From IMG/VR virus record IMGVR_UViG_3300035152_000011: 64,000 bases of DNA; one strand, 5' to 3'. This DNA is from a virus. The translations under genes were made by a program, and so were the position numbers. The notes under the pieces were generated by a model. It was not told the origin of the DNA. It ran no database searches and worked only from the letters and a program-made list of their open reading frames with translations. Positions within the stretch are counted from its first letter, which is position 1; each line of letters opens with the position of its first letter. Positions 54,797-63,700 of this stretch are shown piece by piece.

Positions 54797-55246
54797 CTAT
54801 CGTTGTCTCCGGCCGCTGAGGTCGATCTTCCGTGGGCACGCTTCACGCATAGCGTACCGGCCGCATTCCCACTCACCGGACGGTCCCATCCCTTCCTCGG
54901 GTGGGCGCAGCCGCGTTGCAGGCTTGCCCGACACGCAGCTCGCGCGGCCTTTCTGGGCCTGCTTACGCCAGAAACTCTCAGACGCTTCGGTGCGCAAATG
55001 CCCCGAGGCGAGTCGAACGCGGTCTTCGCAGGCGAGCTGGAGCGCGCGTTCGTACATCTTGGTGCCGATACCGCAGCGACGGTGCTTCTTGACGATGACG
55101 TACTCGACGACGAGGAAGGGCTTGCCGTGGCGATCAGGCGCCAGTCCCATGAAGCCAGCCTCGTCGCCGTTCGTGAACGCCTTGATCTTGTAACCCTCTG
55201 TCGTCGGTTCGACCCGGAGCTTGACTGGACCGCAGCTTGGATTCAT
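54797..55246 (-). CDS. GNAT-like paralog 2
   Basis: HRRCGIGTKMYERALQLACEDRVRLASGHLRTEASESFWRKQ...REACPRKIDLSGRRQR. Confidence 0.5.
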   Translation of the reverse strand: MNPSCGPVKLRVEPTTEGYKIKAFTNGDEAGFMGLAPDRHGKPFLVVEYVIVKKHRRCGIGTKMYERALQLACEDRVRLASGHLRTEASESFWRKQAQKGRASCVSGKPATRLRPPEEGMGPSGEWECGRYAMREACPRKIDLSGRRQR

Positions 55247-55722
55247 CGTCGCCCCCGTCCGCTCAGGTCGATCTTGCGTGGACAGGCCTCGTGCATCGCG
55301 TATCTGTAGCAAGGCCAGTTCCCAACCGGTTTGAACATGAGGGGTGATTCACTGCTTAGCCGCGTTCCCGGTATTGCACGAGTCAGACAGTGCGCACGGC
55401 CTTTGCGCGTCTGCTTCCGCCAGAAGCCCTCCGATGCCTCAGTGCGCTTCGAGTCCGAAGCTAGAAGCGCGCGCTCAGCACAAGCGATGTTGTACAGATG
55501 CTCGTAGAGCCGGGTGCCAACACGACACCGTTTGATGTGCGCGCCCATTGCGCTCACGACAGCGAGCTTTTCGGGCCCGTAGTCGGTGATGAGCATGCCG
55601 GCGCCGCCCACCTTCTTGCCTTCCATGTAGGCGTCTACGTCGATCAGGACTGCATGGGGGCCGCTTTGGTAGCGGTCAGTCTTGAAGGAGATCGTCCCGC
55701 ACGTTATCGGTTTGGTCGCCAT
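55243..55722 (-). CDS. GNAT-like paralog 3
   Basis: KRCRVGTRLYEHLYNIACAERALLASDSKRTEASEGFWRKQ...HEACPRKIDLSGRGRR. Confidence 0.5.
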   Translation of the reverse strand: MATKPITCGTISFKTDRYQSGPHAVLIDVDAYMEGKKVGGAGMLITDYGPEKLAVVSAMGAHIKRCRVGTRLYEHLYNIACAERALLASDSKRTEASEGFWRKQTRKGRAHCLTRAIPGTRLSSESPLMFKPVGNWPCYRYAMHEACPRKIDLSGRGRR

Positions 55723-56129
55723 TCACTCAAGTCCATTTTGCGCGGACAGGCTTCGCGCATCACGTAGCGACGACACGGCCACTGCCCTTCGGGCAAGCGC
55801 CCTCCGACACCGCGGATGCACTTCGCGCGCTTCTTTTCGAGCTGTTTCTTCCAGAACCCCTCAGACATGTCAGACCGCAACTCGTCTGAGGCGATTCGGA
55901 GGCCCTGCTCGCAGGCGATCTTCATGGCGCGTTCGTAGAGCTTCGTCCCAATACCGCAGCGTCGGTACTCAGGCTTGACAGCGGCATCTGTGACAGCGAG
56001 TACGAAGTCGCCTTGCTCGTAGACCTCCGTGAGGTTCATTGCCCCAGCGGGATCTCCATTCATGTAGGCGCGGATGTACGTATCTTCGTCGTCCCCGAGT
56101 ACGCTGATCCTCAACTGGCCACACTTCAT
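55704..56129 (-). CDS. GNAT-like paralog 4
   Basis: YRRCGIGTKLYERAMKIACEQGLRIASDELRSDMSEGFWKKQ...REACPRKMDLSEWR. Confidence 0.5.
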   Translation of the reverse strand: MKCGQLRISVLGDDEDTYIRAYMNGDPAGAMNLTEVYEQGDFVLAVTDAAVKPEYRRCGIGTKLYERAMKIACEQGLRIASDELRSDMSEGFWKKQLEKKRAKCIRGVGGRLPEGQWPCRRYVMREACPRKMDLSEWRPNR

Positions 56130-56605
56130 CTGCGTCTCCGGCCGCTGAGATCCATCTTGCGAGGACAGGCCTCACGCATCACGTAGCGGTAGCAGGGCCA
56201 CTTCCCGACCGTCGTGAACCCGGTCGGGCTGTGGTGTAGTCGCCCCGCGGGAACGTCGCTCAGGTAACAGACTGCACGGCCCTTCTTGGCCTGCTTCGAC
56301 CAGAAGCCCTCTGACGCTTCGGTCCGCTGCGAATCCGATGCCAGTGGTAGTCTGTTCTCGCATGCTAGCGCGAGCGCCTTCTCGTAGAGCTTGGTACCTA
56401 TGCCACAGCGCCGATGCGCGATGACCTTCGCGTACTCGACTGCCATGATCGGCTCGCCATCGTCCAGCTCCGTCGTCGTCAAGTCCATCGCGCCGACGAA
56501 CTTGCCGTTCATGATGGCCGTCAGCTTGTAGTCGCGGCCGCCTTCGTACTCATCGTCGATGTAGTGCTGAATCGTGACCGTCCCGCATTTCGGGTACGTG
56601 GCCAC
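56126..56605 (-). CDS. GNAT-like paralog 5
   Basis: HRRCGIGTKLYEKALALACENRLPLASDSQRTEASEGFWSKQ...REACPRKMDLSGRRRR. Confidence 0.5.
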   Translation of the reverse strand: MATYPKCGTVTIQHYIDDEYEGGRDYKLTAIMNGKFVGAMDLTTTELDDGEPIMAVEYAKVIAHRRCGIGTKLYEKALALACENRLPLASDSQRTEASEGFWSKQAKKGRAVCYLSDVPAGRLHHSPTGFTTVGKWPCYRYVMREACPRKMDLSGRRRR

Positions 56606-56608
56606 GGC

Positions 56609-56800
56609 CTACCTGCTCCTATCCTCGATGATGCACTTGCTCACTGCCTTCATGTCCTTGGCGTTGTGGCAGACCAGGCGGCCGCCTTTGCGGACCACCC
56701 AGCTCCGGCCTTGCTTCTCGGCAGTGTACGTGCGGTGGCGCCAAAGTCCCTTGCGGACGCGACGGAATTTGAGGCGTTCGCTCATCGAGGCCTTTTGCAC
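56609..56800 (-). CDS. small hypothetical protein
   Basis: 63-aa basic ORF. Confidence 0.3.
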   Translation of the reverse strand: MQKASMSERLKFRRVRKGLWRHRTYTAEKQGRSWVVRKGGRLVCHNAKDMKAVSKCIIEDRSR

Positions 56801-57054
56801 ACTTGCTTTGCCGCTGCAATAGCAGCGCGTTTAGCGCCAGCCCGCGTTTCGGTACCGCCTCGCGCGAGAACAATGCCTTTGACAGGCTCGATGTCGGAGC
56901 GCGGAACGAGATCCCCGCGCCCAACACGCCATTCCCAACGCTTCCCACGCCATACCGCCGAAACAGGTCCGATGTAGAGGTCACAACCAGGGTCCCATGA
57001 CGCTTGGTAGCTGTTTCGCCGATGGGTTTCGTACCAAGTGAGTTTCTTTGCCAC
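56782..57054 (-). CDS. hypothetical protein
   Basis: 90-aa ORF. Confidence 0.35.
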   Translation of the reverse strand: MAKKLTWYETHRRNSYQASWDPGCDLYIGPVSAVWRGKRWEWRVGRGDLVPRSDIEPVKGIVLARGGTETRAGAKRAAIAAAKQVCKRPR

Positions 57055-57076
57055 TGTGGCTACCTTTCTCTAGCGC

Positions 57077-57448
57077 TCATGGTAGGGAATCGACCATCTC
57101 TTCTTCGCCGCCGTACTCGAAGAGTCGCGCGACACCGTAACCGGCAGCCAGGCGTAGCCATTCCTCTTCGGTGCGTGGTAGCCGTTGCCCGCGTACGCGT
57201 TGTGCCTCAGTCAGTTCATCCACATCGACCCAGGTCCGCGTTTGGAGGAAATGTTCTTCGGGACCGCCAATGTACTGGTACTCAGTGACGTCAAACCCCG
57301 AGCCTGACGTTTCGACCTCGGTAGCGTTCTCGCCTTCCCGCCCGCCGGGCCCATACCAAACCGCGTAGCCTGTGCCTTCGGAGTAGACATCAGGCCTGCG
57401 GAACGGTCGGCCATCCCATGATTGAACACTCATCTTGTTACCAGCCAC
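57077..57448 (-). CDS. hypothetical protein
   Basis: 123-aa Gly/Glu-rich ORF. Confidence 0.4.
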   Translation of the reverse strand: MAGNKMSVQSWDGRPFRRPDVYSEGTGYAVWYGPGGREGENATEVETSGSGFDVTEYQYIGGPEEHFLQTRTWVDVDELTEAQRVRGQRLPRTEEEWLRLAAGYGVARLFEYGGEEEMVDSLP

Positions 57449-58460
57449 GGCGTTGTAGCCGTCCAGGCGCTGCCGCTGGATTGCGGGCGCATTTGGCCTT
57501 CCTGATGAACTTGCGGGCGTGGAAGCATCGACCTTCCCAGGCCGCCTTGATGGCCTCGGTCAACGATTCTGTGCTGCCGCAGTAGAATGTGGCGTCCTTG
57601 CGGAGCTGCTGCGCGAGCGCGTCGGCCATGTCGTACTCGCGTGGACATCCAGGAGCTTGTGGATGACGATGCTGGAAGGCTTCGACCTGCTCCTCCCACG
57701 GAGAAAGCTCGTCCTCGGGAATGTCCTCCCAATCGTCGTAATCGTCTTCCCAGGCACCGACGGCGCTTCCCTTCCGACCGCGGACCGCCAGCGCGGTCGC
57801 CGCGCCAGCTCCGACTAGGAGTGTCGCCCCGCCGGCCCACCAGGCCCATCTGGGAATCTTGGATAGCCAGCTGATCTGGTAGTCCGCGGCCGGCGCGGCG
57901 CGTCCTTCCTCGATCTCTTCACCAGCTGCTTGCGCGGCCATCTTCTCCTGCAAGCACTTGATGGCCTGCTGGGTCGAGACGAGCAGTTCGTGCGGCCGTC
58001 CGACGTAATTGCGAGCCGGCTCAGTATCGATGAGATAGCTGATCGGGACGTCCTTGGCCAGCGCGTCCTCGAAGTAGGCAATGTCCGTGAAGATGTAGGG
58101 CGATGAACCGGAGCTGGCAACACCCTCCTTGCGCCCAGGAAGGATGTAGTGATTGTGGTTGTAGATGCAGCCGCCCTTACCGGCTGCCTCGATGATCGTG
58201 TTCCACCCGCCTGCGTGGACGAAGGCGACTGGGTACATGTAGCTCCATCCGTACCCCGACGATCCAGTCTCGTCATCCACGAGCACGTATTTGTAGCGTG
58301 TGAATGGCGCTGGTTTGCCGGAAGGATCGACCACCGGTTCCTTTAGCAGTCCCGTGAGGAACGACTCGAAGGCCTTGAGTGTGTCGATGTCGGCTTGGGT
58401 GACAACCGCGTTGGGATCAGTGAAGGCAAGGCCACAGCCACACGACGAGATAGTCAGCAT
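57438..58460 (-). CDS. hypothetical lipoprotein-like / membrane protein
   Basis: N-terminal MLTISSCGCG; internal TM WAWWAGGATLLVGAGAATALAV; acidic C-terminus. ATG 7 nt after GTAGCGT and operator IR. Confidence 0.5.
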   Translation of the reverse strand: MLTISSCGCGLAFTDPNAVVTQADIDTLKAFESFLTGLLKEPVVDPSGKPAPFTRYKYVLVDDETGSSGYGWSYMYPVAFVHAGGWNTIIEAAGKGGCIYNHNHYILPGRKEGVASSGSSPYIFTDIAYFEDALAKDVPISYLIDTEPARNYVGRPHELLVSTQQAIKCLQEKMAAQAAGEEIEEGRAAPAADYQISWLSKIPRWAWWAGGATLLVGAGAATALAVRGRKGSAVGAWEDDYDDWEDIPEDELSPWEEQVEAFQHRHPQAPGCPREYDMADALAQQLRKDATFYCGSTESLTEAIKAAWEGRCFHARKFIRKAKCARNPAAAPGRLQRRGW

Positions 58461-58479
58461 GGCTTCTACGCTACCATAG

Positions 58480-58495
58480 GATCGTAGATGCGATC
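58480..58495. promoter_or_regulatory. operator-like IR GATCGTAGATGCGATC
   Basis: Upstream (minus strand) of GTAGCGT and ATG 58460. Confidence 0.5.
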
Positions 58496-58496
58496 A

Positions 58497-58706
58497 CTAG
58501 GTTTGCATGAGCACAACGCTGGCTGCGGCGATCAACGCGCCCGTTCCCAGTGCTGCGACGAGCGGCTGCGCTCCAAGCCTCTGGGCTAAAAGGCCAACGC
58601 CTACCCCTGCGCCAAGGCTAACAAGCACAGCTGAAACTTCAGCTCGGCGGCGCTCTTCTGGCGTGATCCCAAAGTCGGTAGACAGTCCGCGCCGCCAATA
58701 CTGCAT
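58497..58706 (-). CDS. small membrane protein
   Basis: Trimmed to MQYWRRGL...; two TM helices (holin-like topology, function unproven). Confidence 0.4.
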   Translation of the reverse strand: MQYWRRGLSTDFGITPEERRRAEVSAVLVSLGAGVGVGLLAQRLGAQPLVAALGTGALIAAASVVLMQT

Positions 58707-58708
58707 GG

Positions 58709-59119
58709 CTACTCCGTCTGCGCTGCTTTGCGTTTGCGGACGAAGTAGATGGTCACGCCGATGCCCGCCGTGAGGATGATGCCGATGACAGCAGGCCAGA
58801 ACCACTTGCGCTGCGTGACGCCCTTCTTCTCGACGTCGGCTTTCTTCAGCGGACATCCGGTGGAGAGGATGAGCTGGCCGTTCGGCGCGATGACGAGGCC
58901 AAACGTCTGCTTGCCGCCGCCGACCTCTTCCTGCTCCAGCTTCGATTTGGCCGCAGCTTCCTCATCGTAGCTGTTGATGGCAATGAACAACTCGTTGTCC
59001 TTGACGACCTGTTGACGGACCTCGTACTTGCCGGTTCCCTGCGGCGGGATGCCCATCGTCGTGATGAAGTCTTGAATGACGTCAGTCGGACATTCGTTGT
59101 TGCCTGCGGTAGCTAGCAT
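58709..59119 (-). CDS. C-terminally membrane-anchored protein
   Basis: 136 aa; C-terminal WFWPAVIGIILTAGIGVTIYFV helix. Confidence 0.45.
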   Translation of the reverse strand: MLATAGNNECPTDVIQDFITTMGIPPQGTGKYEVRQQVVKDNELFIAINSYDEEAAAKSKLEQEEVGGGKQTFGLVIAPNGQLILSTGCPLKKADVEKKGVTQRKWFWPAVIGIILTAGIGVTIYFVRKRKAAQTE

Positions 59120-59128
59120 CGTCCTCTC

Positions 59129-59458
59129 CTATTCGGGCTTCTTCGGCGGCTCGCCCGTTTCGGGCAGCTCAGGCGCGGCTAGCGTTGGGGCCGGAGCTGG
59201 AGCCACGATTGGTTTGGGCTTCTTCGGCGCGCGGGGCACGCGAGTCTTCTGTCGAACGCCGTTGATGTAGCAGACGCCCGTGGTCTCACCGAGCGTCCCG
59301 AATCCACGTTGGCCCTTCTTGATACACACTTTGCGGCCGGTGCCTTCGGGCTTCGAGAGCATCCCGGCCATCTCCTCGACGATCTTCTTGGACCCCTTCG
59401 GAGTGGCAGTGACGCCTGTCTCGTAGACGCCCCAATACTGGTAGCTCTTCTTTGCCAT
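59129..59458 (-). CDS. hypothetical protein with Pro/Lys-rich tail
   Basis: ATG 6 nt after GATAGGGT and operator IR 59475-59490. Confidence 0.45.
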   Translation of the reverse strand: MAKKSYQYWGVYETGVTATPKGSKKIVEEMAGMLSKPEGTGRKVCIKKGQRGFGTLGETTGVCYINGVRQKTRVPRAPKKPKPIVAPAPAPTLAAPELPETGEPPKKPE

Positions 59459-59474
59459 GGCCCTACCCTATCAT

Positions 59475-59490
59475 GATCGTGCATGCGATC
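59475..59490. promoter_or_regulatory. operator-like IR GATCGTGCATGCGATC
   Basis: Upstream (minus strand) of GATAGGGT and ATG 59458. Confidence 0.5.
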
Positions 59491-59620
59491 AAAACAGGTC
59501 GTTGGGCGCGATCTGGGTGGAATCACAGCGGCAGACCAGCTCGCAGGAGCCTGGCGCCGGCTTGCGATCACTTTCGTAGGTCACGCAGTAGTAGCCACCA
59601 GGGCTGTAGGTGCTCGTTCA

Positions 59621-59980
59621 TCATGCAAGCTGCCCCCGGACCTGACCGATCATGAAATCTGCCAGGACGTTGGCGTAGAGGTCAGTGAACGTGTTTCTAC
59701 CAGCCGCGCTCTCTTCGATGAAGGCCTCGGCCTCGCGTTTGCCTTCCTCGGTCGCGGCCCAGCCGACCTCCATTCCAGCCGCGGTCTGCTGTGCGATAGC
59801 CTGGATCTTCTCGACGACCTCCGCTCTGGCCTTCTCGAACTTCGACAGGGCGTTGGCGGCAACGGCGGCGGCTTCCTGGATCTCGGGCGAGGCGCTGGCG
59901 AACATGGTCGTGCTCCAACAGCAGATGACTTGATTGGCGAATGCCGGCGGTGGCGGCTCCATGCCGTCTGTGTAGCACAC
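59621..59980 (-). CDS. hypothetical protein
   Basis: 119-aa Ala-rich helical ORF. Confidence 0.4.
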   Translation of the reverse strand: MCYTDGMEPPPPAFANQVICCWSTTMFASASPEIQEAAAVAANALSKFEKARAEVVEKIQAIAQQTAAGMEVGWAATEEGKREAEAFIEESAAGRNTFTDLYANVLADFMIGQVRGQLA

Positions 59981-59991
59981 AGGTCTGACAG

Positions 59992-60402
59992 TTAACGGAG
60001 CTTGCGCACCATGACGGGGTACAGCTCATCGAAGATGTACGTGAATCCGTGCCTCTCATAGAAACGGAGCAGATCGTCGAGGTGTCCATGCTCGGGCTGC
60101 GCGTGCAGATAGACTTCTCGAACGCCGAGGTCATGTAGCGCAGTCAAAGCGCGCGTCAACATCTCGCTCCCGATACCTCGCCCACGAGCTGGCTCGCTGA
60201 CTTCCATTCCCGAGATGTAGCCCACACGCTTTCGTGGTGGAAGATGGAGAGCTAACAACCGAAACCCTTGCTCGTTGAGGTAGTCGGCCACTTTGTTTCC
60301 CGTCCCGTACACTGCTGCGAGGTAGATGTCGTCCCATTCATCGTCGAATGCGTAGACCTCACCAGAGGTTGCCGACCAGGGCTCTACGTCAACGTCGATC
60401 AC
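59992..60402 (-). CDS. GNAT N-acetyltransferase
   Basis: Motif A RGRGIGSEML, motif B FYERHGF. Confidence 0.65.
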   Translation of the reverse strand: MIDVDVEPWSATSGEVYAFDDEWDDIYLAAVYGTGNKVADYLNEQGFRLLALHLPPRKRVGYISGMEVSEPARGRGIGSEMLTRALTALHDLGVREVYLHAQPEHGHLDDLLRFYERHGFTYIFDELYPVMVRKLR

Positions 60403-60459
60403 GCGCTCAGCATATCACACACGATCAACAACGCGAGAAGCCGCAAAGCGCGCCGCCAG

Positions 60460-60768
60460 CTAGCGCTTCTTACGTGGAATCACCACGAATACCCGCCCCT
60501 CGACGTTGCAGCCACCCCCGTACTTTCTTGGTGCCAGGTAGCCGAGTGTAACCTCGTAGTGGCTCGCGACGACCTCTCCCCGCTTCACCTCCTGGCCCTG
60601 ACTCTGCACGTTGCACGCAATCATGCCGTTCTTGCGCGCAATGGCCCGAGCGACCGCTCTTGCAGGGGTGTAATCGGCCTCACTCATGACTGCATATGCG
60701 GGGATCTTGAAGCGGCTACCGCCATGACGGACGTTGCCGTAGGTGTTGAAGCTGATGCGCTGTGCCAT
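60460..60768 (-). CDS. hypothetical protein
   Basis: 102-aa ORF. Confidence 0.4.
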   Translation of the reverse strand: MAQRISFNTYGNVRHGGSRFKIPAYAVMSEADYTPARAVARAIARKNGMIACNVQSQGQEVKRGEVVASHYEVTLGYLAPRKYGGGCNVEGRVFVVIPRKKR

Positions 60769-60780
60769 ACGGCTACTTTA

Positions 60781-63700
60781 TCAACAACGCGAGAAGCCGC
60801 AAAGCGCGCACTTGGCGCATCCCTCGCCGTAGTAGAGTGCGACCTGGTGGCAGTCAGGGCAGATGTCGCCGAAGCGGTGCTTGTGTCCGTTGCCGTTCGA
60901 CTTGCCGTTGCCGTTGCTGTGGCCGTTGGAGGGCTTCACAGCGACTGGCGGCGCCGTCACAGCCTTAGCAAGCGCCTCGACGGGGGTGATCGTCTTGGCC
61001 GCCTGGCGAGCTTCCAGGGACTCTGCAAGCGAACGGAGAGCCTTGGCGACGCCATCTGGCAGTGAGAGCACTCGATCCTGGCCGAAGCCAACCGAGTCGC
61101 CGCCGCCGATGCCCGACAGCTGGTCGGCGATGAGCTGAAGTCGCCGCTCAGGCTTGATGGGACTGTCCATGCGGAGGACCAGCGACCCGAGGCGGGCGAT
61201 GGCCTCGCAGTCAGCGCTCACGGCCGTTCCAGCTCGGGACACTGCGAGCCAGGTCTCGAACGGCCGGTCGTTGGTATCCAGGCCGACCTTGACGCTGAGC
61301 TTGCCGGTCGGCGTCTTCACCATCTGCCCGAGCAGGTCGTAGACACCCGTCGGGATCGGATGAAGCTCCGGCCGGGCGATGCTCGCGCCGATGGTCAGCG
61401 TTTGGCCCTCGCGGCTCTTGTCGCGGTAGACCGTGATGCCCTTGCACCCCTCGTCCCAGGCCATACGGTAGGCCTGCTCGACATCCTCGACGGTCGCGCC
61501 CTCGGGCAGGTTGATTGTGTTATGGGACACGATACCGTTTACAACGTACTCGTGTGCGGACTCGACTTCGATGTCAAACATCTCTACCAGACCGGCATCT
61601 TCTACCGCCCGCACTAAGTAGACCGGAGTATCTGTGGACCAGCCCATCGCATGAGCAACACGGTTCGTGCAGTAGTGTCGGCCTGTCTCTTGACGAAGGC
61701 TTCGGACAGCACCGTAGTGGGGATGATCGGTCGGCACATGCTGATCAAGAACGGCCCGGTCGAGCAATACTTTGTAGCTCGTGGATGCTGGTTGTGCATT
61801 CTTGTGCTTTTCGATGCACTGCACGATCTCCTGAGCAGCGTTGCTCAAGATGACGTAGTGAAAAACACCGCCCGGAGCGCCTTTGTGGCCCTGATACACG
61901 GAGGGGAGCCCAAAACTTCGTGCCAGTTCGGCGACGTGGTATGCGAGTGTTTCGGACATGCCGCCGTATACACAGAGCGCGCCGCGTACGAGATACCCGT
62001 CGAGTGTGACGCCGCGAAGGAATGCGCGTTTCTCATCCGCGCTACCTTGAAGAACTTGAATAGGAGCGCGCTTCTCGAACGCGCCCTTCCCGATCAGCGC
62101 CTCTACGTAACGGACCAGATTGCGGGATGTGAGGTAGACGCAACGAACGCCTGTTCGGCGATCTTCGACGGTACGCGGACTGACGTTGAAGACCTCATTT
62201 GTCAACGTGATGAAGCGCGCTTCGACCTCTTCGTCCTTGCAGCTCAGTCCGACTTGTCCTGTGGACTCGACTGTATGGCCATCAGCGCATAGCATTCCCA
62301 GCCATTCAGCCAGTGGCGGTGTCATCGCCTTGGGGGTAGCGATACGTGACGCGTTGGTATGCCACTCATCGGACCACTGGATTGTAGCATCACCGGGCCC
62401 GTGCGCTGCCATGAACCGTCCTAGCACTACGTCGCCGATCTTCAGATCCCGCATGAGCTTCCAGCCATCTGCTGTCTGCACTCGATGCGTAGCCTCGGCG
62501 CCAGTTAGTACGGCACCGTTGTCTAGTTTGATTCGTACTGCACGCCCGATACCGAGGCGGTAGTGCGACAGAATACGGTGACCGCCCGTCGTGACGCTCT
62601 GGTCCAGTTTTTGGAACGTGTCGTCCGCGGTCACGTCTGAGAACGACTCGACTGGGACAAGTCCCATTGACGTGGGAATCAACGTCCCCGCGGCAAGGCA
62701 CTTCGATACGGCGTCCTCGACGTGGCGCTGAAAAGCGGCCTGCATACGGATGTGGTACTCGGGGCTGATCTCGTTGGCGATGGCGAACACGCGCTGCCAA
62801 CGCGACGGTACGTCCGGGTCGTCCTTGACGGTGCCGTTCTCCTTCACGCGTTCGAGCAGCTCTTCACTGTAGAACCCCTCGCGCTTGGCGACCTCGATGA
62901 ACATCGGGTTGACGTCCACCATCTCCATGTCCGCTTGCTTGCGGGTCTGGACGATAGCGAACAGCGGCTCGATGCCACTGGAGCACCCGGCGATGATGGA
63001 GATGCTGCCAGTGGGTGCGATGACCGTGCAGGTCGCGTTGCGGCGATGCTTGCGGCCGTTGGTGAAGTGCTTGGATTTCTCGAAGAGCGGGAACGGTCCT
63101 CGGAGCGCAGCCAGCTCTTCACTGGCCTCGACGGCCTTGGTCGCAATGAACCGCTCGACCTCTTCGGCCAGGTCGAGAGCCTGCTGCGATCCGTAGGGGA
63201 TTCCCATCTTTACCAGCAGGTCAGCCCAGCCCATCACGCCCAGCCCGATTTTCCTACTCGCGCGGGTCTGCTCGTGAATCTGTGAAACCGGATATTGATT
63301 GACGTCGTGGACGTCATCGAGGAAGCGCACCGCATCCTGGATGACCTCTTCGAGCCGCTTGAAGTCGATCTTCGCCCCGACTGCGTCGTCGAGGTAGAAG
63401 TTGGCCAGGTTGATCGAGCCGAGGTCGCAGGCGTCGTACGGCCGGAGAGGGACCTCCCCACACGGATTGCACGCCTCGACCTCGCCCACGGCGCCCGCCA
63501 GCGGGTCCAGCTCGTTTACCCGGTCGAGGAAGAACAGTCCCGGTTCCCCTGACGCGTGTGCGTTCTTCACGACGTGGTTCCAGACGTCGCGCGCACGGAG
63601 CGTTCCAGTCACTTCCTTCGTGCGGGGATTGACCAGCTCGTACTCCGTATCCTCATCGACAGCCTTCATGAAGGCGTTGGTGACTCCGACGCTGATGTTG

